From assembly GCA_964019335.1 (NCBI GenBank), contig OZ025673.1, positions 496,001 through 560,000 on the forward strand: DNA of 64,000 nt. The letters are read 5' to 3'. Shown here one piece after another: positions 13,101-22,265 of the stretch. A program made the translations under genes and the position numbers. Position 1 is the first letter of the stretch, and every line of letters starts with the position of its first letter. Below the pieces are notes generated by a model. It was given only the letters and a program-made list of their open reading frames with translations. It did not search any database and was not told the DNA's origin. This DNA comes from Diplonema japonicum (taxonomy: Eukaryota; Protista; Euglenozoa: Diplonemea).

Positions 13101-16100
13101 GCGCCCATCTCACTACTGACGAATCGGTCGACAAATTGGTCCCCGCTAGTGTCATGTCGTACTGTGTTCCTGCACTGAGCGTGAATGAAGTAGATGAGGC
13201 AGGCAGAGTTACGCTCGTGGGCCCATCGATAGTGATGACACCAGCACTGCCTATCGGTGTGGTAGGATCGTAGGCCGCACCTTGCACGATCATAGGAAGC
13301 GCCACGAAATCAGTGCCACTGACCGAGAAGCACACTTGAGCATCTCCTCCGAGGAGGGGATACACAGACACAGACCCCATGAATGTTGTATCATCCCCAG
13401 TGCTCAGGGGCACAGGCTGGGCCGAGTCGCCGTTGCGACAAAGCCTCACTGTGTAGGAGGTAGTGGCAACCAGATTGTCGAACCCCAGGTCAAGGAGCTG
13501 CCCGGCTGTTGTCTTCGTGGATGTTACCCAAAACCCAGACGGCCCCAAGAGCTCTAACTCACCAACTTCACCACCAGCGACACCGCCCAGGGGGGTCCCA
13601 ATGGGTATAAATGTGCCCGTTGGTCCGAGTGCATAGCACATAATGTACTTCCCGCCAGGCAGCTGAACAACTGGAGTGAGAACAGGGGAACCTGCAAGTA
13701 CTTGTGCATCAGCAATAGCAGGGATGTTACATGTGGTGGACCCCCCTGCTATGATTGGCGCTTTTACCCACCTGACCCTGTCGAAGCCTCCGTTGAGCCC
13801 CTGCCCGATGACCTGAAACTGGTGCTTGGCGCCCGCCTCAAAAGGGGTAGCAGTTGAAACGGGCGTTCGTGTGGTGGGCCCGAGAATGGTGAGCAGCGGA
13901 GTGAGGGCTATCCATCTGTTATCAGTCCACAGACAGACAGCACGGTTGGTGCCCCCTTGAAGCAGCGATGTTGTGTACACAAGAGTCGTGTTTGTTCCGG
14001 TGACGAAGGAAGGCGTGGAGGTGTCGGGGGCCGGCGTGGGGCATGTGCCCGAGGTGCTGATCAGGACCCTGTCTTGCAAGGGGTCGAGGCCCACACCGCT
14101 CAGAGTGATCGAAGCAGCATAGCTAACTTCGATGACGGTGGGTGAGAAAGAAGAGACGCCCTTCACGGTGAAGGTGTCGAAGTACGCATAGTCAGTGGCG
14201 CTCTGCAGCTTGTAGCAGAAATGGTAGGTACCAACGGCAGTGGCCGTGAAGATAGCAGTGAACGTAGCCGTCACGGCCTGCTGCGAAGCGAACACGGCTG
14301 CACCTGTGCACCCCGTACTGGGGTCCACTAGCTTCACGTTGTCTGTATTCGCCAGGCCCAAGCCTGTCATTGTAACAGTGGTGGCGACATTGGCGTAGAA
14401 GCTGTTGGGCGTCACAGTGCTAGGCCCAGAAACGGAGACGGAGTTGGGCATCAAGACAAAACCGCCCTCGAAGGGCCTGTAGCAGATGAAGAACAGACCC
14501 CCTTTCGCGGGCGAGATCACCACAGACCCTGCCGTGGCAATAGGTATCAATGGCACGCTTGCATCGGCACAGTTTTGTCCGCTGTCCACCAGCCTGAAGC
14601 TGTCCCTAGTGGACAGAGCAAGCCCTGTAAAAGTCAACGCCGTACTGACTCCGAAATTGACGGCTGTGGGTGTAAATCCTATGGGGCCTTTCACAGACAG
14701 TAACGGGTTCAGGGGAAGCGCAGGACCACCACTAACCGTGTAGCACATCAGAAACTGCCCGCCACTGCTGAAAACAATGCCACCGCTGCTGACCAAACTC
14801 GGAGATACGACCGTCAGGGCAGGGACAGGGAGTACATGGGTGCCACTGCAGCCAGCAGCAGTGTTCTGTACCACTGAAAGCAAATCCAGGGCACCCAGAA
14901 GACTGCCTTCAAGCTCAAAAGTGACAGCAGAACCCACAGCAGCTACCACAGGGGCGAACGGGGAGAGCTTTCTAACTCCCTTCACTGTAACGGTAGCAGA
15001 GGCCGTGAAGGTCGGCCCCCCTCCAAGGTTGTAGCACAGTGTGAAGACACCACCGTACGGCACTGTGACGGTGAACTGCCCTGCAGACGAGGTGGCTACC
15101 ACTGTGCCATGGGTTGCAAAAGCCGGCGTGCAGTCCTCGGTAGCTTGGTCGACGAGCTTCATCTGGTCGCTGGTTCCGATATTAGTCCCCGTAACAGTAA
15201 TGATCTCCGACACCCCTGCAATGAGCGTCGTAGGGGAGATGGACTGTGCCCCCGACACGACAAGGGGTTCTGTCATCATGAACTCTGCGCCTCCGAAGGG
15301 CGTGAAGCAGACTCTGTAGTTTCCACTTGTCGCTAGAGTTGTCGTTGATGTTATTGCGGCTGTCCCCTGCGTGGTGCTCGACACTGTCCACACCAGGGCC
15401 GTTGCTGCAGCAGAGCCGCATGCAGAACCATCAGGCACAACACTGATCGCATCCCCTGCATTCAGAAGCGCGCCTGTGACACTAAGCGACCCCACGAAGA
15501 ACTGGGGGACGACCGTGGGGACAAAAGAGGCAGCGCCTGCCACCTCGAAGATGGGGCTGAGGGGCTGGTATTCACCGGCAAGCGTCGATTTATAACACAT
15601 TGTGAAAGTACCACCTTCAGTGATGACTACGTCTATAGTGAGACTCGTGACACCTGACACCGAAGCAGGTGTGAACTGAGGGGCACCAGGGATACCGCCA
15701 ACGAACACTGCAGTGCCCATCAAACAGTCAGTGCCTTTTACGAGCTTTGCACTATCGCCGACTGATGTTGAGTCAAGGTTGACGCCGGTGAAAGTGACAG
15801 GCACAGTGCCAGCACCTGGCGCCGTTGTGGGGGCGAAAGATGTTGCACCAGACACCGTGAGTGTGTTGCTCATTGTGTAGTACGTGGTGGCTGTAGCACC
15901 AGCGTGCAACGAGGCAACCCTGTAGCACACTGCGTAGTTGTTCCCAGGCGTCAGAACGGTCGCATCGAAGGTAGGGTTACCGCCCATGGGGGTCAAGTTG
16001 TCGCTTGCAGCCACGACGTTGGTGTCATCGCAGACGCCGGCTGAAGCAATCATAATGCGGTCGCCTGCAGCACCAGTTGTGAGGTCGTGGCCATCGACTG

Positions 16101-16818
16101 TCAGGGTAAAACTGCCCACAGGGACAATGGTGGGGGCGAAGCCTGTGGGGCCGCTCATGGCAAGTTGTCCAATTGACTGGTGCACTGTACCGCGCCCTGC
16201 CTCGTATGACCTGTAGCAGATGGTGAAAAGACCCCCGTAGGGGAGTGGGGAGGGCGTGTACGTGACACTCGTTGCTGTTCCGGCGATTTTCAAGGCGGCA
16301 GTCGCACAGCAGAGGTCGACAGCTGTTGCAGTGGTGCAGTCAGCGTTCATGCCGACGACAATTTTAGCGTCATCGCGCCCTGCCGCAGGGTCCATCCCAA
16401 CACCAGCGAAGGTCAAGACGAGACTGCCTGCGAGGGATGTTAGCCCTGCAGCATTAGGTGTCACGCCCGTCGGTCCTGTGACCGTGACTGTAATCTGCGA
16501 TGCAGGCTGTCCGGTTTCTGTGTAGCATATGATGTAGTCTGCTGCGTCTGCGAAGGTGATGCTGACCGTCACCGTGCTCCCTGTTATTGTGGGTGTGCCC
16601 ACCACAGCCGGGGCCGCCGCCACTGCTGCACACGTCCCTGCCGTCGTTGATACTGCGATTACATCGGTCGCCGTGAAGGTCCCCACCGGCACTGTTGCTG
16701 TTATTGTTGCGCTGCTCCCTTTAGTGGGGACAGCAGGGTTGGACACCAAAGTGGCGCCTTGCGCACACCACATGAAGAGTGGTATTAGAAGACATGTTTT
16801 AATCATTGTATGTTCCAT
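10129..16818 (-). CDS. Giant (~2230 aa) type I membrane/surface protein with tandem ~95-aa Cys-containing Ig-like repeats
   Basis: Uninterrupted 6.7-kb ORF. Signal peptide MIKTCLLIPLFMWCAQG. About 15 repeats of GP..F.P..G.GL..D..C..G.Y..CY, then beta-sandwich-like repeats, a TM helix (FGVIIAIVMGVLLCLILTALFVWFMW) and a Pro-rich tail. Start is probably 16818 or 16806, after a CCAG acceptor. Confidence 0.85.
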   Translation of the reverse strand: MEHTMIKTCLLIPLFMWCAQGATLVSNPAVPTKGSSATITATVPVGTFTATDVIAVSTTAGTCAAVAAAPAVVGTPTITGSTVTVSITFADAADYIICYTETGQPASQITVTVTGPTGVTPNAAGLTSLAGSLVLTFAGVGMDPAAGRDDAKIVVGMNADCTTATAVDLCCATAALKIAGTATSVTYTPSPLPYGGLFTICYRSYEAGRGTVHQSIGQLAMSGPTGFAPTIVPVGSFTLTVDGHDLTTGAAGDRIMIASAGVCDDTNVVAASDNLTPMGGNPTFDATVLTPGNNYAVCYRVASLHAGATATTYYTMSNTLTVSGATSFAPTTAPGAGTVPVTFTGVNLDSTSVGDSAKLVKGTDCLMGTAVFVGGIPGAPQFTPASVSGVTSLTIDVVITEGGTFTMCYKSTLAGEYQPLSPIFEVAGAASFVPTVVPQFFVGSLSVTGALLNAGDAISVVPDGSACGSAAATALVWTVSSTTQGTAAITSTTTLATSGNYRVCFTPFGGAEFMMTEPLVVSGAQSISPTTLIAGVSEIITVTGTNIGTSDQMKLVDQATEDCTPAFATHGTVVATSSAGQFTVTVPYGGVFTLCYNLGGGPTFTASATVTVKGVRKLSPFAPVVAAVGSAVTFELEGSLLGALDLLSVVQNTAAGCSGTHVLPVPALTVVSPSLVSSGGIVFSSGGQFLMCYTVSGGPALPLNPLLSVKGPIGFTPTAVNFGVSTALTFTGLALSTRDSFRLVDSGQNCADASVPLIPIATAGSVVISPAKGGLFFICYRPFEGGFVLMPNSVSVSGPSTVTPNSFYANVATTVTMTGLGLANTDNVKLVDPSTGCTGAAVFASQQAVTATFTAIFTATAVGTYHFCYKLQSATDYAYFDTFTVKGVSSFSPTVIEVSYAASITLSGVGLDPLQDRVLISTSGTCPTPAPDTSTPSFVTGTNTTLVYTTSLLQGGTNRAVCLWTDNRWIALTPLLTILGPTTRTPVSTATPFEAGAKHQFQVIGQGLNGGFDRVRWVKAPIIAGGSTTCNIPAIADAQVLAGSPVLTPVVQLPGGKYIMCYALGPTGTFIPIGTPLGGVAGGEVGELELLGPSGFWVTSTKTTAGQLLDLGFDNLVATTSYTVRLCRNGDSAQPVPLSTGDDTTFMGSVSVYPLLGGDAQVCFSVSGTDFVALPMIVQGAAYDPTTPIGSAGVITIDGPTSVTLPASSTSFTLSAGTQYDMTLAGTNLSTDSSVVRWAPSDDGCIEAVWLTNSIATAELVTSTTLRTTFHLAGHFVLCYTYPDDTPQVRSLALPVVTTTGMYRTASVEVPLAVSGSTLSIPSNTTTPSADIWYWAQTTATESVGVEACPTDATVIAAAQKSTLLGVTGAQATYNTTDINPGYLRVCAKQGTSTVYYTLPYLVVVSGPVSFSPQSVPSPGTYRVTFTGVNITDADKVRLIPQTQGCDDAASAAFEQSLSGLTFTTQAFTTPAWYTVCYRLNGATSFRALATPFQVTGVAVGLAVTGVVPATVESMEAFVIYAQVVDASGAVVAQSGGTMVISAQNSPGVPVPLDAGLSKTVVDGKTNFSIALGTTGVHTLLLTYTRGSQTFTTTTSDIFVSEGNVSAVAATVSSASFSSGDSFTVTYQLVDQGYNPLKIQDGAASLVLTALDSSAIGGQVMGTTTGLTNINGLGTLSDLQIDKAGSYRLRVDIVSDMVTYKSKEIDIVVTAGSGVSLVISLQWANAMTVTAGTLLSIDASVEDWGNNTLYVSNPTTFFVRIASTPAPPAGGTLYSTDPSLCSAQGTCQAVSGGVITQQGIARFRNLWLDTPGTYALEVVAPLMTTVTNTVIIREGSANHLRVLEGSIQVTTDRTFALSVTVRDLGGNVLTSVADAAVTAVGSTGSTLKGTLSRLTSSGVAIFSDLSFGTPGTFSVRFTHQNLVLVGNSASIFVDVVFAAPIDSLLYPLLHLNTPLSGLDQNAARANAASIAGIPESNIQIIATEAKDGGTLVYFQIVGEEDGNAVATLLRDRLLTNSTAAASFQGGAMLSTPELVTKVGGGSTLVITPSPGSSSSSSSSGLAFGVIIAIVMGVLLCLILTALFVWFMWSSKKTERNNNGDELGKEPQEQDNNWNEDPKENPHRGSRYGGYPSQNDNPLDQAPYNHRSPVRTPADTGGAVESTPQVERTIQTPHDTAPDQPPVEDYHLPEPTASPTSPNYNVDPSPASPVGNQPASPYYSNAPNGTFNAI

Positions 16819-16882
16819 CACATTCCTGGAGTATGTTGTAACTGGTGTACTCATGCAAAGATAAGGCACTGTATATAACATG

Positions 16883-18082
16883 CTAGGCGTAAACTGTGCT
16901 CAGCTCGTGCCTGATCTTCTCGATGCGATGTGCCTGGCGGTTGTTGCCAGCCACGATGGTGTTACGCTTCTCGAGCTTCTGCGCGTCTGTCTTCTTAGAA
17001 GTCTCTAGGACATGAAGGCTGCGTGCGAGGTGGCGCGTTTGCGTGAAGGCAGAGCCGTTGACAAGATGCTGGTGCCGGATGTGCTGGTGCATCCTACAGC
17101 TCACCAGATTGGAGCGTCTGCCGGATGATAACAGCGAAGATCCTCTGCGGCTTTCCAAAGCTCGCAGTTTCCCGTTTCTGTCTTCTCTTGTTTTCACCAA
17201 AGCTCTTTGCAGCACGTCAACACTTCTGTCGGCCTTCCTTCCGGCCACCACGTCCCTGCCTGCCCCCAACAGAGTGTTCCAGTACGCCTCAAAGGCCTCT
17301 ACTACACTGTTTAAATCTGTCTCGCGGCACATCGCCTCGTACTCCGCAACGCATTCATCGAGTAGTGTCTTCTGCTGTGCTTCTACTCTGCCAACGGGGC
17401 ATCGCTTTGTCACCATGTATGCCGCCCACCTGTTTTTGTGCTTCCGCATCACTTTCTTGTGGTTCTCCTCCACGTACACCATCGTCCCACATAGTTCTGT
17501 GAGGTCGATTCCCTTCTTTAAAAGTACTAGCACGCTCCTTGGGCTGTTCAGGAGCTGTGGGGGGTTCAACGCCGACTCGGGGACCCACCGCCCTCGAACC
17601 GCTGTTGATTCTTCTTTAAAAGTAGGCAGGGTGAGAGGGGAGAAGCTTTTCAGCGTGTTGAGGGTGGACGGCTTTGTGATACGAAACGGGCGGGGCTTTT
17701 GCCTCGTATTTATGAACGAAGTAGCAGGAGCCAGCCACCGGAGATTGATGTGCTTCAAAAAGGCGGTTTGACAAGGTGCTGGCGCCGTGGATACCTTGCT
17801 GAAAGGAGTGATAAGAAACGCCAGAGCACGCCAGTCGGAAAAATCACACTTTTTCCTCTCTCCTTTGTACCCTATGGGTTTTATAGACACCTCGCAGCTC
17901 TTTATTTCTTCTTGTTCGTTGTTGTCTTTCATCCACCATCTTGCTACGGGGCTGAGGCTGGCGGTACTGCTCTTTTCACAGTCGTGGGCGGTTTCCTCTA
18001 TGTCGCATTCATCGGGGCTGAGTGTCAGAGTGTTCTGCTTTGGTGTCCAGACGATTTCCAATTCTTCTTCTTCCTCAAGCAT
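16883..18082 (-). CDS. Hypothetical protein, C-terminal coiled-coil (399 aa)
   Basis: Long ORF of coding-like composition on the same strand as its neighbours; no family recognised. Confidence 0.7.
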   Translation of the reverse strand: MLEEEEELEIVWTPKQNTLTLSPDECDIEETAHDCEKSSTASLSPVARWWMKDNNEQEEIKSCEVSIKPIGYKGERKKCDFSDWRALAFLITPFSKVSTAPAPCQTAFLKHINLRWLAPATSFINTRQKPRPFRITKPSTLNTLKSFSPLTLPTFKEESTAVRGRWVPESALNPPQLLNSPRSVLVLLKKGIDLTELCGTMVYVEENHKKVMRKHKNRWAAYMVTKRCPVGRVEAQQKTLLDECVAEYEAMCRETDLNSVVEAFEAYWNTLLGAGRDVVAGRKADRSVDVLQRALVKTREDRNGKLRALESRRGSSLLSSGRRSNLVSCRMHQHIRHQHLVNGSAFTQTRHLARSLHVLETSKKTDAQKLEKRNTIVAGNNRQAHRIEKIRHELSTVYA

Positions 18083-19516
18083 TTCCCCCCTCTTTTTTTT
18101 TTTCTCCTAATTTCTTGTTTTTTTCCTCCCCCCGCCGCGTTCTTCACCAACCTATGTGACATTGAAGAGAGGACAAAGAACACAGTTCTCGTGGCTATAT
18201 ATAATTTTTTTTTTTTTTTGCATAAAAGATAAAGATGATTTATAAAGCTTGTATTTATTTTTTTTCTCCATTGTGCTGAGTGAGGATGTACTTTTTTTTT
18301 TCCCAAGGCTTTTTGCCCTTTTTTGTGTGGTTTTCTTTTTTTTTTTATTGTCGTTGTTCTTCCTTCACGTGCAGCAGAAAAGAAAAAGAAGAAGAAAAAC
18401 CAGCAAACAACAAGATTTACCAAATTTATTTTTTTTTACAAATTTCTTTTGTTTTTTATTGAGAAGGGGTTGGGAAACGGAAAAAAAAGGGGGGGGGGAA
18501 GCTGGTTGGGAGGGGGCGGGGTACGGGTGAAAGTAAAAAGAAAAAAAGGGAGGAGAGTGTGAGTGGGGGGGGGTTTTTTTTATAACAATTTTTTTTGTTT
18601 CTTTTTTTTTTTTTTTCAATTCAAATCCTCACTTTTTTTTTTGTATGTTGCTACATAGTTGTTTTCCCCCCTTTCGTTCCCTCCCCCCTCAAATAAAAAA
18701 ATATTCAAAGGCAGAAGTATGGGCAACAAAAATAAAAAGGTGTATGTCCTCTTTAATAAAAAAAAGAGAGAGGGGGCAGGGGCTGGGTATCACAACATAA
18801 CCAGAGAAGTAGACCTTCTCCTTATCCCGCCTACTTGTCTATGCACTTCCATACCTTTGTGCACTTATAAGGCAGAGGGGGGAACAAAAAAAGGGGGGAA
18901 ATAATAAAATAACACATAAGCAAACATATTAAATCAGCGGAAACGCCCCCTATCGCCGAGCGACGGGAAGGGGGGGGGCCGCGCACTGAGCAACAGAAGG
19001 GAAGTAAGACAGAGGGTAACGGGATTGCGATACTTATGGTGTTCTTATTCTCTTCTTTTCTTTTTTTTTTCTTTTCTTTCTTTTGATGAAAAAAAGAAGG
19101 GGAAAAAAAAAAAAGAAAGAAAGAAAGAAAAGAACCAGTCACCTGATTCATACCGCTTTGCTGAAGTTTCTCAGCAGTGCCAAAAGAAAAAAGAAGAAAT
19201 GAAAAAAAAAATAATCGAAGCCCAGAAAGCAGCACGCTTACGCGACATCAAGGCAGGCAATTGAAGAAGTTTAGCAAAAAAAAAAAAAAAAAAAAAAAAC
19301 TAGGAAGACGAAAATCTGCGCTTGGGACGCAGAAAAAGGTTCTAACATCAGCTTGTCAGAGTTAACTAACAAGAATCATGGTCACTTGACCTAATACTTT
19401 AAAAATAGTAGGAAAAAATGGTGTCTGTTACAAGTGAAGATAATGGGACCAGGTTCTGAGACAGCTGATGTTTTGATTTTTTTTATTTATTTGTTCCAAT
19501 TATTTCCCAACACACC

Positions 19517-20677
19517 TTAAATATCATCATCATCAGCCTCCTTCGCGGCGAGGTCGTTCATCTCAGCGTCAACGTCGAACTTCTCGTACTTCTGGTTGTT
19601 CTTCTTTGCCTCGATCTCGTTCTTGTTCTTGTGGAGGGAGTATCCGAGGACGCCGAGGCAGAGGGCCATGAGGAGCCAGAGGAGGAGGAAGACCCAGAGG
19701 GACATGCAGAGGGATCCGATCTTGAGGCCCTCGCAGCACTCTCCGTCGCTGGTGGTTCCGAAGGGTCCCCTCCCCAGCTTGAAGGTGTAGTCCCTCTCGG
19801 TCACCCCAGAGTTGTGGTTCGCCACCTCCTGCCACACGGTCTCTCCGTCCTTCCCGGGGAGAACTGTCTTCTTGCAGAGCCTGTAGAAGGTCTCCGGCTC
19901 CGTTTCCTCTCCCGTCTCCATCATGGTGATCCCGCTGAAGGTGACCTCCGACATCCCCCTGTTCGCCCCGCCGTTGTTCTCCCTCCACCCGCTCAAGAAC
20001 ACTCCCTTCTTGCAGACAGCAGAGGCGTTCGCGCTCGTCCCCTCTCCCCACCCGAGCGCAACCACAGGCTCGTCAACCCCGTTCGTGAACCTGCACTCAT
20101 CCGAGATCTCAGGGAACTTCGCTCCCATCTTCTCGCAGCTCGTCTCGTTCTGCACGTTGTCGTTGTAGTAGGCGGGGATCACCACGTACTCGTCGTCAGC
20201 GTTGTTCCCGCACCCGATCAGCGTCAGCGAGAACTTCTTCTCCACCGTCGGCTCGTTCGGGAAGGTTGTGAACATGCGAGGGCCCGAGGGGTAGCACTCC
20301 TTCCGCGACGCGATCACCTCCCCGCAGTCCGCCACCTGCCCCGTCTGGTCCCTGCACACGCACGGGAACTCAGTCCTCCCTCCAGCCCCGCTCGTGCACG
20401 ACCCGTACTGGCCCTCCTTCCCGCTGCACCCGAAGTAAGGGAAGTCCTTCCCAGCAGAGCACTCGCTCCCCGCTCGACCGTTGCTGCACCTCCCCGCCCC
20501 GTCCATGAAGTACCCCTCCGCACAAGCCGCGCAAGCCTCCCCGGCCGTCGAGTTCATGTACCCCTGGTGGCACACGCAGCACCCGTCCGCTCCCACGTAC
20601 GCTCGGTTCTCGTTCACAGGGCACTGTCCCTGAACCGATGCCGCCAAACACACTAAACCGAATAGCAGTTTGTTCAT
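19517..20677 (-). CDS. Cys-rich type I membrane surface protein, copy 1 of 5 (386 aa)
   Basis: Signal peptide MNKLLFGLVCLAASVQG, EGF/laminin-like Cys cluster, one Ig-like repeat, TM helix (LWVFLLLWLLMALCLGVLGY), charged tail; strong GC3 codon bias. Confidence 0.9.
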   Translation of the reverse strand: MNKLLFGLVCLAASVQGQCPVNENRAYVGADGCCVCHQGYMNSTAGEACAACAEGYFMDGAGRCSNGRAGSECSAGKDFPYFGCSGKEGQYGSCTSGAGGRTEFPCVCRDQTGQVADCGEVIASRKECYPSGPRMFTTFPNEPTVEKKFSLTLIGCGNNADDEYVVIPAYYNDNVQNETSCEKMGAKFPEISDECRFTNGVDEPVVALGWGEGTSANASAVCKKGVFLSGWRENNGGANRGMSEVTFSGITMMETGEETEPETFYRLCKKTVLPGKDGETVWQEVANHNSGVTERDYTFKLGRGPFGTTSDGECCEGLKIGSLCMSLWVFLLLWLLMALCLGVLGYSLHKNKNEIEAKKNNQKYEKFDVDAEMNDLAAKEADDDDI

Positions 20678-20889
20678 TGTTCTTGTTTTTTTTTTTTTTT
20701 TTTTTTTTTAGAAAATAAAATGTGTTTCGTTTGTGTTCCCTTTCTGAGATAAGTTTGTTTGGTTTTGTTTTCTTTGTTTTCAAGTTTTCTTCTTTTTGTC
20801 TTGGTTTTGAAAGAGAAAAAAAAAAAACCCCCCTCCATAACACGGGCTGAAGAACAAAAGGGGCGTGTTCCTTCTTCTTGTGCAGGTCA

Positions 20890-20986
20890 TCATGTCATCC
20901 AAGTAAAGTTAAGGTAGAATGGTTGTTGGTATCAAGAGACACGAAATGCCTTCAAGCCAAATGCCAAGGTTGATAATCACTCATGA
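20890..20986 (-). ncRNA. Box C/D snoRNA variant a (predicted guide for LSU rRNA equivalent of yeast Am2280, snR13-like)
   Basis: Terminal stem TCATG/CATGA, C box GTGATTA, D' TTGA, D ATGA. The D' guide GGCATTTGGC is antisense to the conserved LSU sequence GCCAAAUGCC. Confidence 0.8.
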
Positions 20987-21015
20987 GGCCAGAAAGCAAA
21001 AACAACAGCTGCAAA

Positions 21016-21109
21016 GACTCATCCAAGAAATGTTAAGGTAGAATGGTTGCTGGTATCAAGAAACAAGAATTGCCTTCAAGCCAAATGCCAAAGTTGATAA
21101 TCATCGGTC
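21016..21109 (-). ncRNA. Box C/D snoRNA variant b
   Basis: GAC/GTC terminal stem, C box ATGATTA, the same D' guide, D box ATGA. Confidence 0.8.
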
Positions 21110-21141
21110 CTCTTGAAACAAAGGTGGTATACAGCTTGCAG

Positions 21142-21475
21142 GTCTCTCGGGCTATGAGGTGGCAGCTAGACGTACAAAAAAAACTCAAATTAACATGCAA
21201 ACTCCCAGAGCGAAAGCCGCATGCCCTAAAAAGGGAGGGGGTATGGTCAGTACTAGGTATCTCTCAGTTTCGATCTAATCTTGCGACTCCTCCAAGTGCT
21301 GATCTCTTCAGGCAAGAAGCACCCTTCATTGGCTCCCACAGCGTCCCAGCAGGTTTGGAGAGTACTTTTCCCGACCACGGTCTCCGCATTCGCTCTGTGG
21401 ACAAGGCTATGGAGAGCCAGGTCCTTAGTGGCTCCTGCGCGAAAAAAAAAAGGAATAGCTGTGTTATACATCCCT
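21142..21475 (-). pseudogene. AGA-box (H/ACA-like) snoRNA interrupted by a 258-bp insertion in its poly(U) loop
   Basis: Both halves match the intact unit at 21776-21843; the insertion sits inside the A-run. Confidence 0.75.
21184..21441 (-). mobile_element. 5'-truncated non-LTR retrotransposon fragment (CRE-like REL-endonuclease C-terminus plus 3' UTR)
   Basis: Absent from the paralogous unit at 31218-31285 and flanked by A8 and A10 runs. With one frameshift it reads LRTWLSIA-VHRANAETV, resembling the CRE-clade C-terminal RLS(V/I)A(L/V)QRGNA motif, then TAG at 21253-21255. Confidence 0.6.
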
Positions 21476-21523
21476 GTGAGACACAATCCACCGCACACCC
21501 CCCACTATGGGTCGTAAGGGTGC

Positions 21524-21620
21524 TCATGTCATCCAAGTAAAGTTAAGGTAGAATGGTTGTTGGTATCAAGAGACACGAAATGCCTTCAAGCCAAATGCCA
21601 AGGTTGATAATCACTCATGA
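21524..21620 (-). ncRNA. Box C/D snoRNA variant a
   Basis: Copy of 20890-20986. Confidence 0.8.
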
Positions 21621-21649
21621 GGCCAGAAAGCAAAAACAACAGCTGCAAA

Positions 21650-21743
21650 GACTCATCCAAGAAATGTTAAGGTAGAATGGTTGCTGGTATCAAGAAACAA
21701 GAATTGCCTTCAAGCCAAATGCCAAAGTTGATAATCATCGGTC
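21650..21743 (-). ncRNA. Box C/D snoRNA variant b
   Basis: Copy of 21016-21109. Confidence 0.8.
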
Positions 21744-21775
21744 CTCTTGAAACAAAGGTGGTATACAGCTTGCAA

Positions 21776-21843
21776 GTCTCTCGGGCTATGAGGTGGCAGC
21801 TAGACGTACAAAAAAAAAAGGAATAGCTGTGTTATACATCCCT
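21776..21843 (-). ncRNA. Single-hairpin AGA-box (H/ACA-like) pseudouridylation guide snoRNA
   Basis: 68 nt. Lower stem GGGATG/CAT..CCC, pocket TATAACA / CCACCT, upper stem CAGCTA/TAGCTG. The AGA box lies 15 nt from the upper stem and 3 nt from the end, the trypanosomatid/Euglena architecture. Confidence 0.75.
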
Positions 21844-21891
21844 GTGAGACACAATCCACCGCACACCCCCCACTATGGGTCGTAAGGGTGC

Positions 21892-21988
21892 TCATGTCAT
21901 CCAAGTAAAGTTAAGGTAGAATGGTTGTTGGTATCAAGAGACACGAAATGCCTTCAAGCCAAATGCCAAGGTTGATAATCACTCATGA
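21892..21988 (-). ncRNA. Box C/D snoRNA variant a
   Basis: Copy of 20890-20986. Confidence 0.8.
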
Positions 21989-22028
21989 TCAGCCGCAAAA
22001 GGGAAAACGTTCGTATCATTCTTCCTCT

Positions 22029-22097
22029 GTCTCTCGGGCTATGAGGTGGCAGCTAGACGTACAAAGAAAAAGGAATAGCTGTGTTATATACATCCCT
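22029..22097 (-). ncRNA. AGA-box snoRNA, variant with 2-nt longer 5' pocket
   Basis: Same stems and AGA box as 21776-21843. Confidence 0.72.
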
Positions 22098-22149
22098 GAG
22101 CAAGACAAACGGACCCTTGTTTCTATCATCAATTGAAAGAACAGCCAAA

Positions 22150-22243
22150 GACTCATCCAAGAATAATTAAGGTAGAATGGTTGTTTGGTATCAATAAACA
22201 CGAATGTCTTCAAGCCAAATGCCAAAGTTGATAATCATCGGTC
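22150..22243 (-). ncRNA. Box C/D snoRNA variant c
   Basis: Boxes, D' guide and CCATTCTACCTTAA are conserved while the internal sequence has diverged. Confidence 0.78.
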
Positions 22244-22265
22244 TTTTCTCCTTTCACTAAAGTTT

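Noticed and set aside
19631-20656. Long plus-strand ORFs (341-381 aa) antisense to each surface-protein copy, and similar antisense ORFs over COPG and other genes
   Set aside because: Expected shadow of strong GC3 codon bias; no protein-like features; opposite to the strand of every credible gene.
21043-21540. 165-aa plus-strand ORF across the snoRNA array
   Set aside because: Chance read-through of ncRNA units and the insertion; not preserved in array B.
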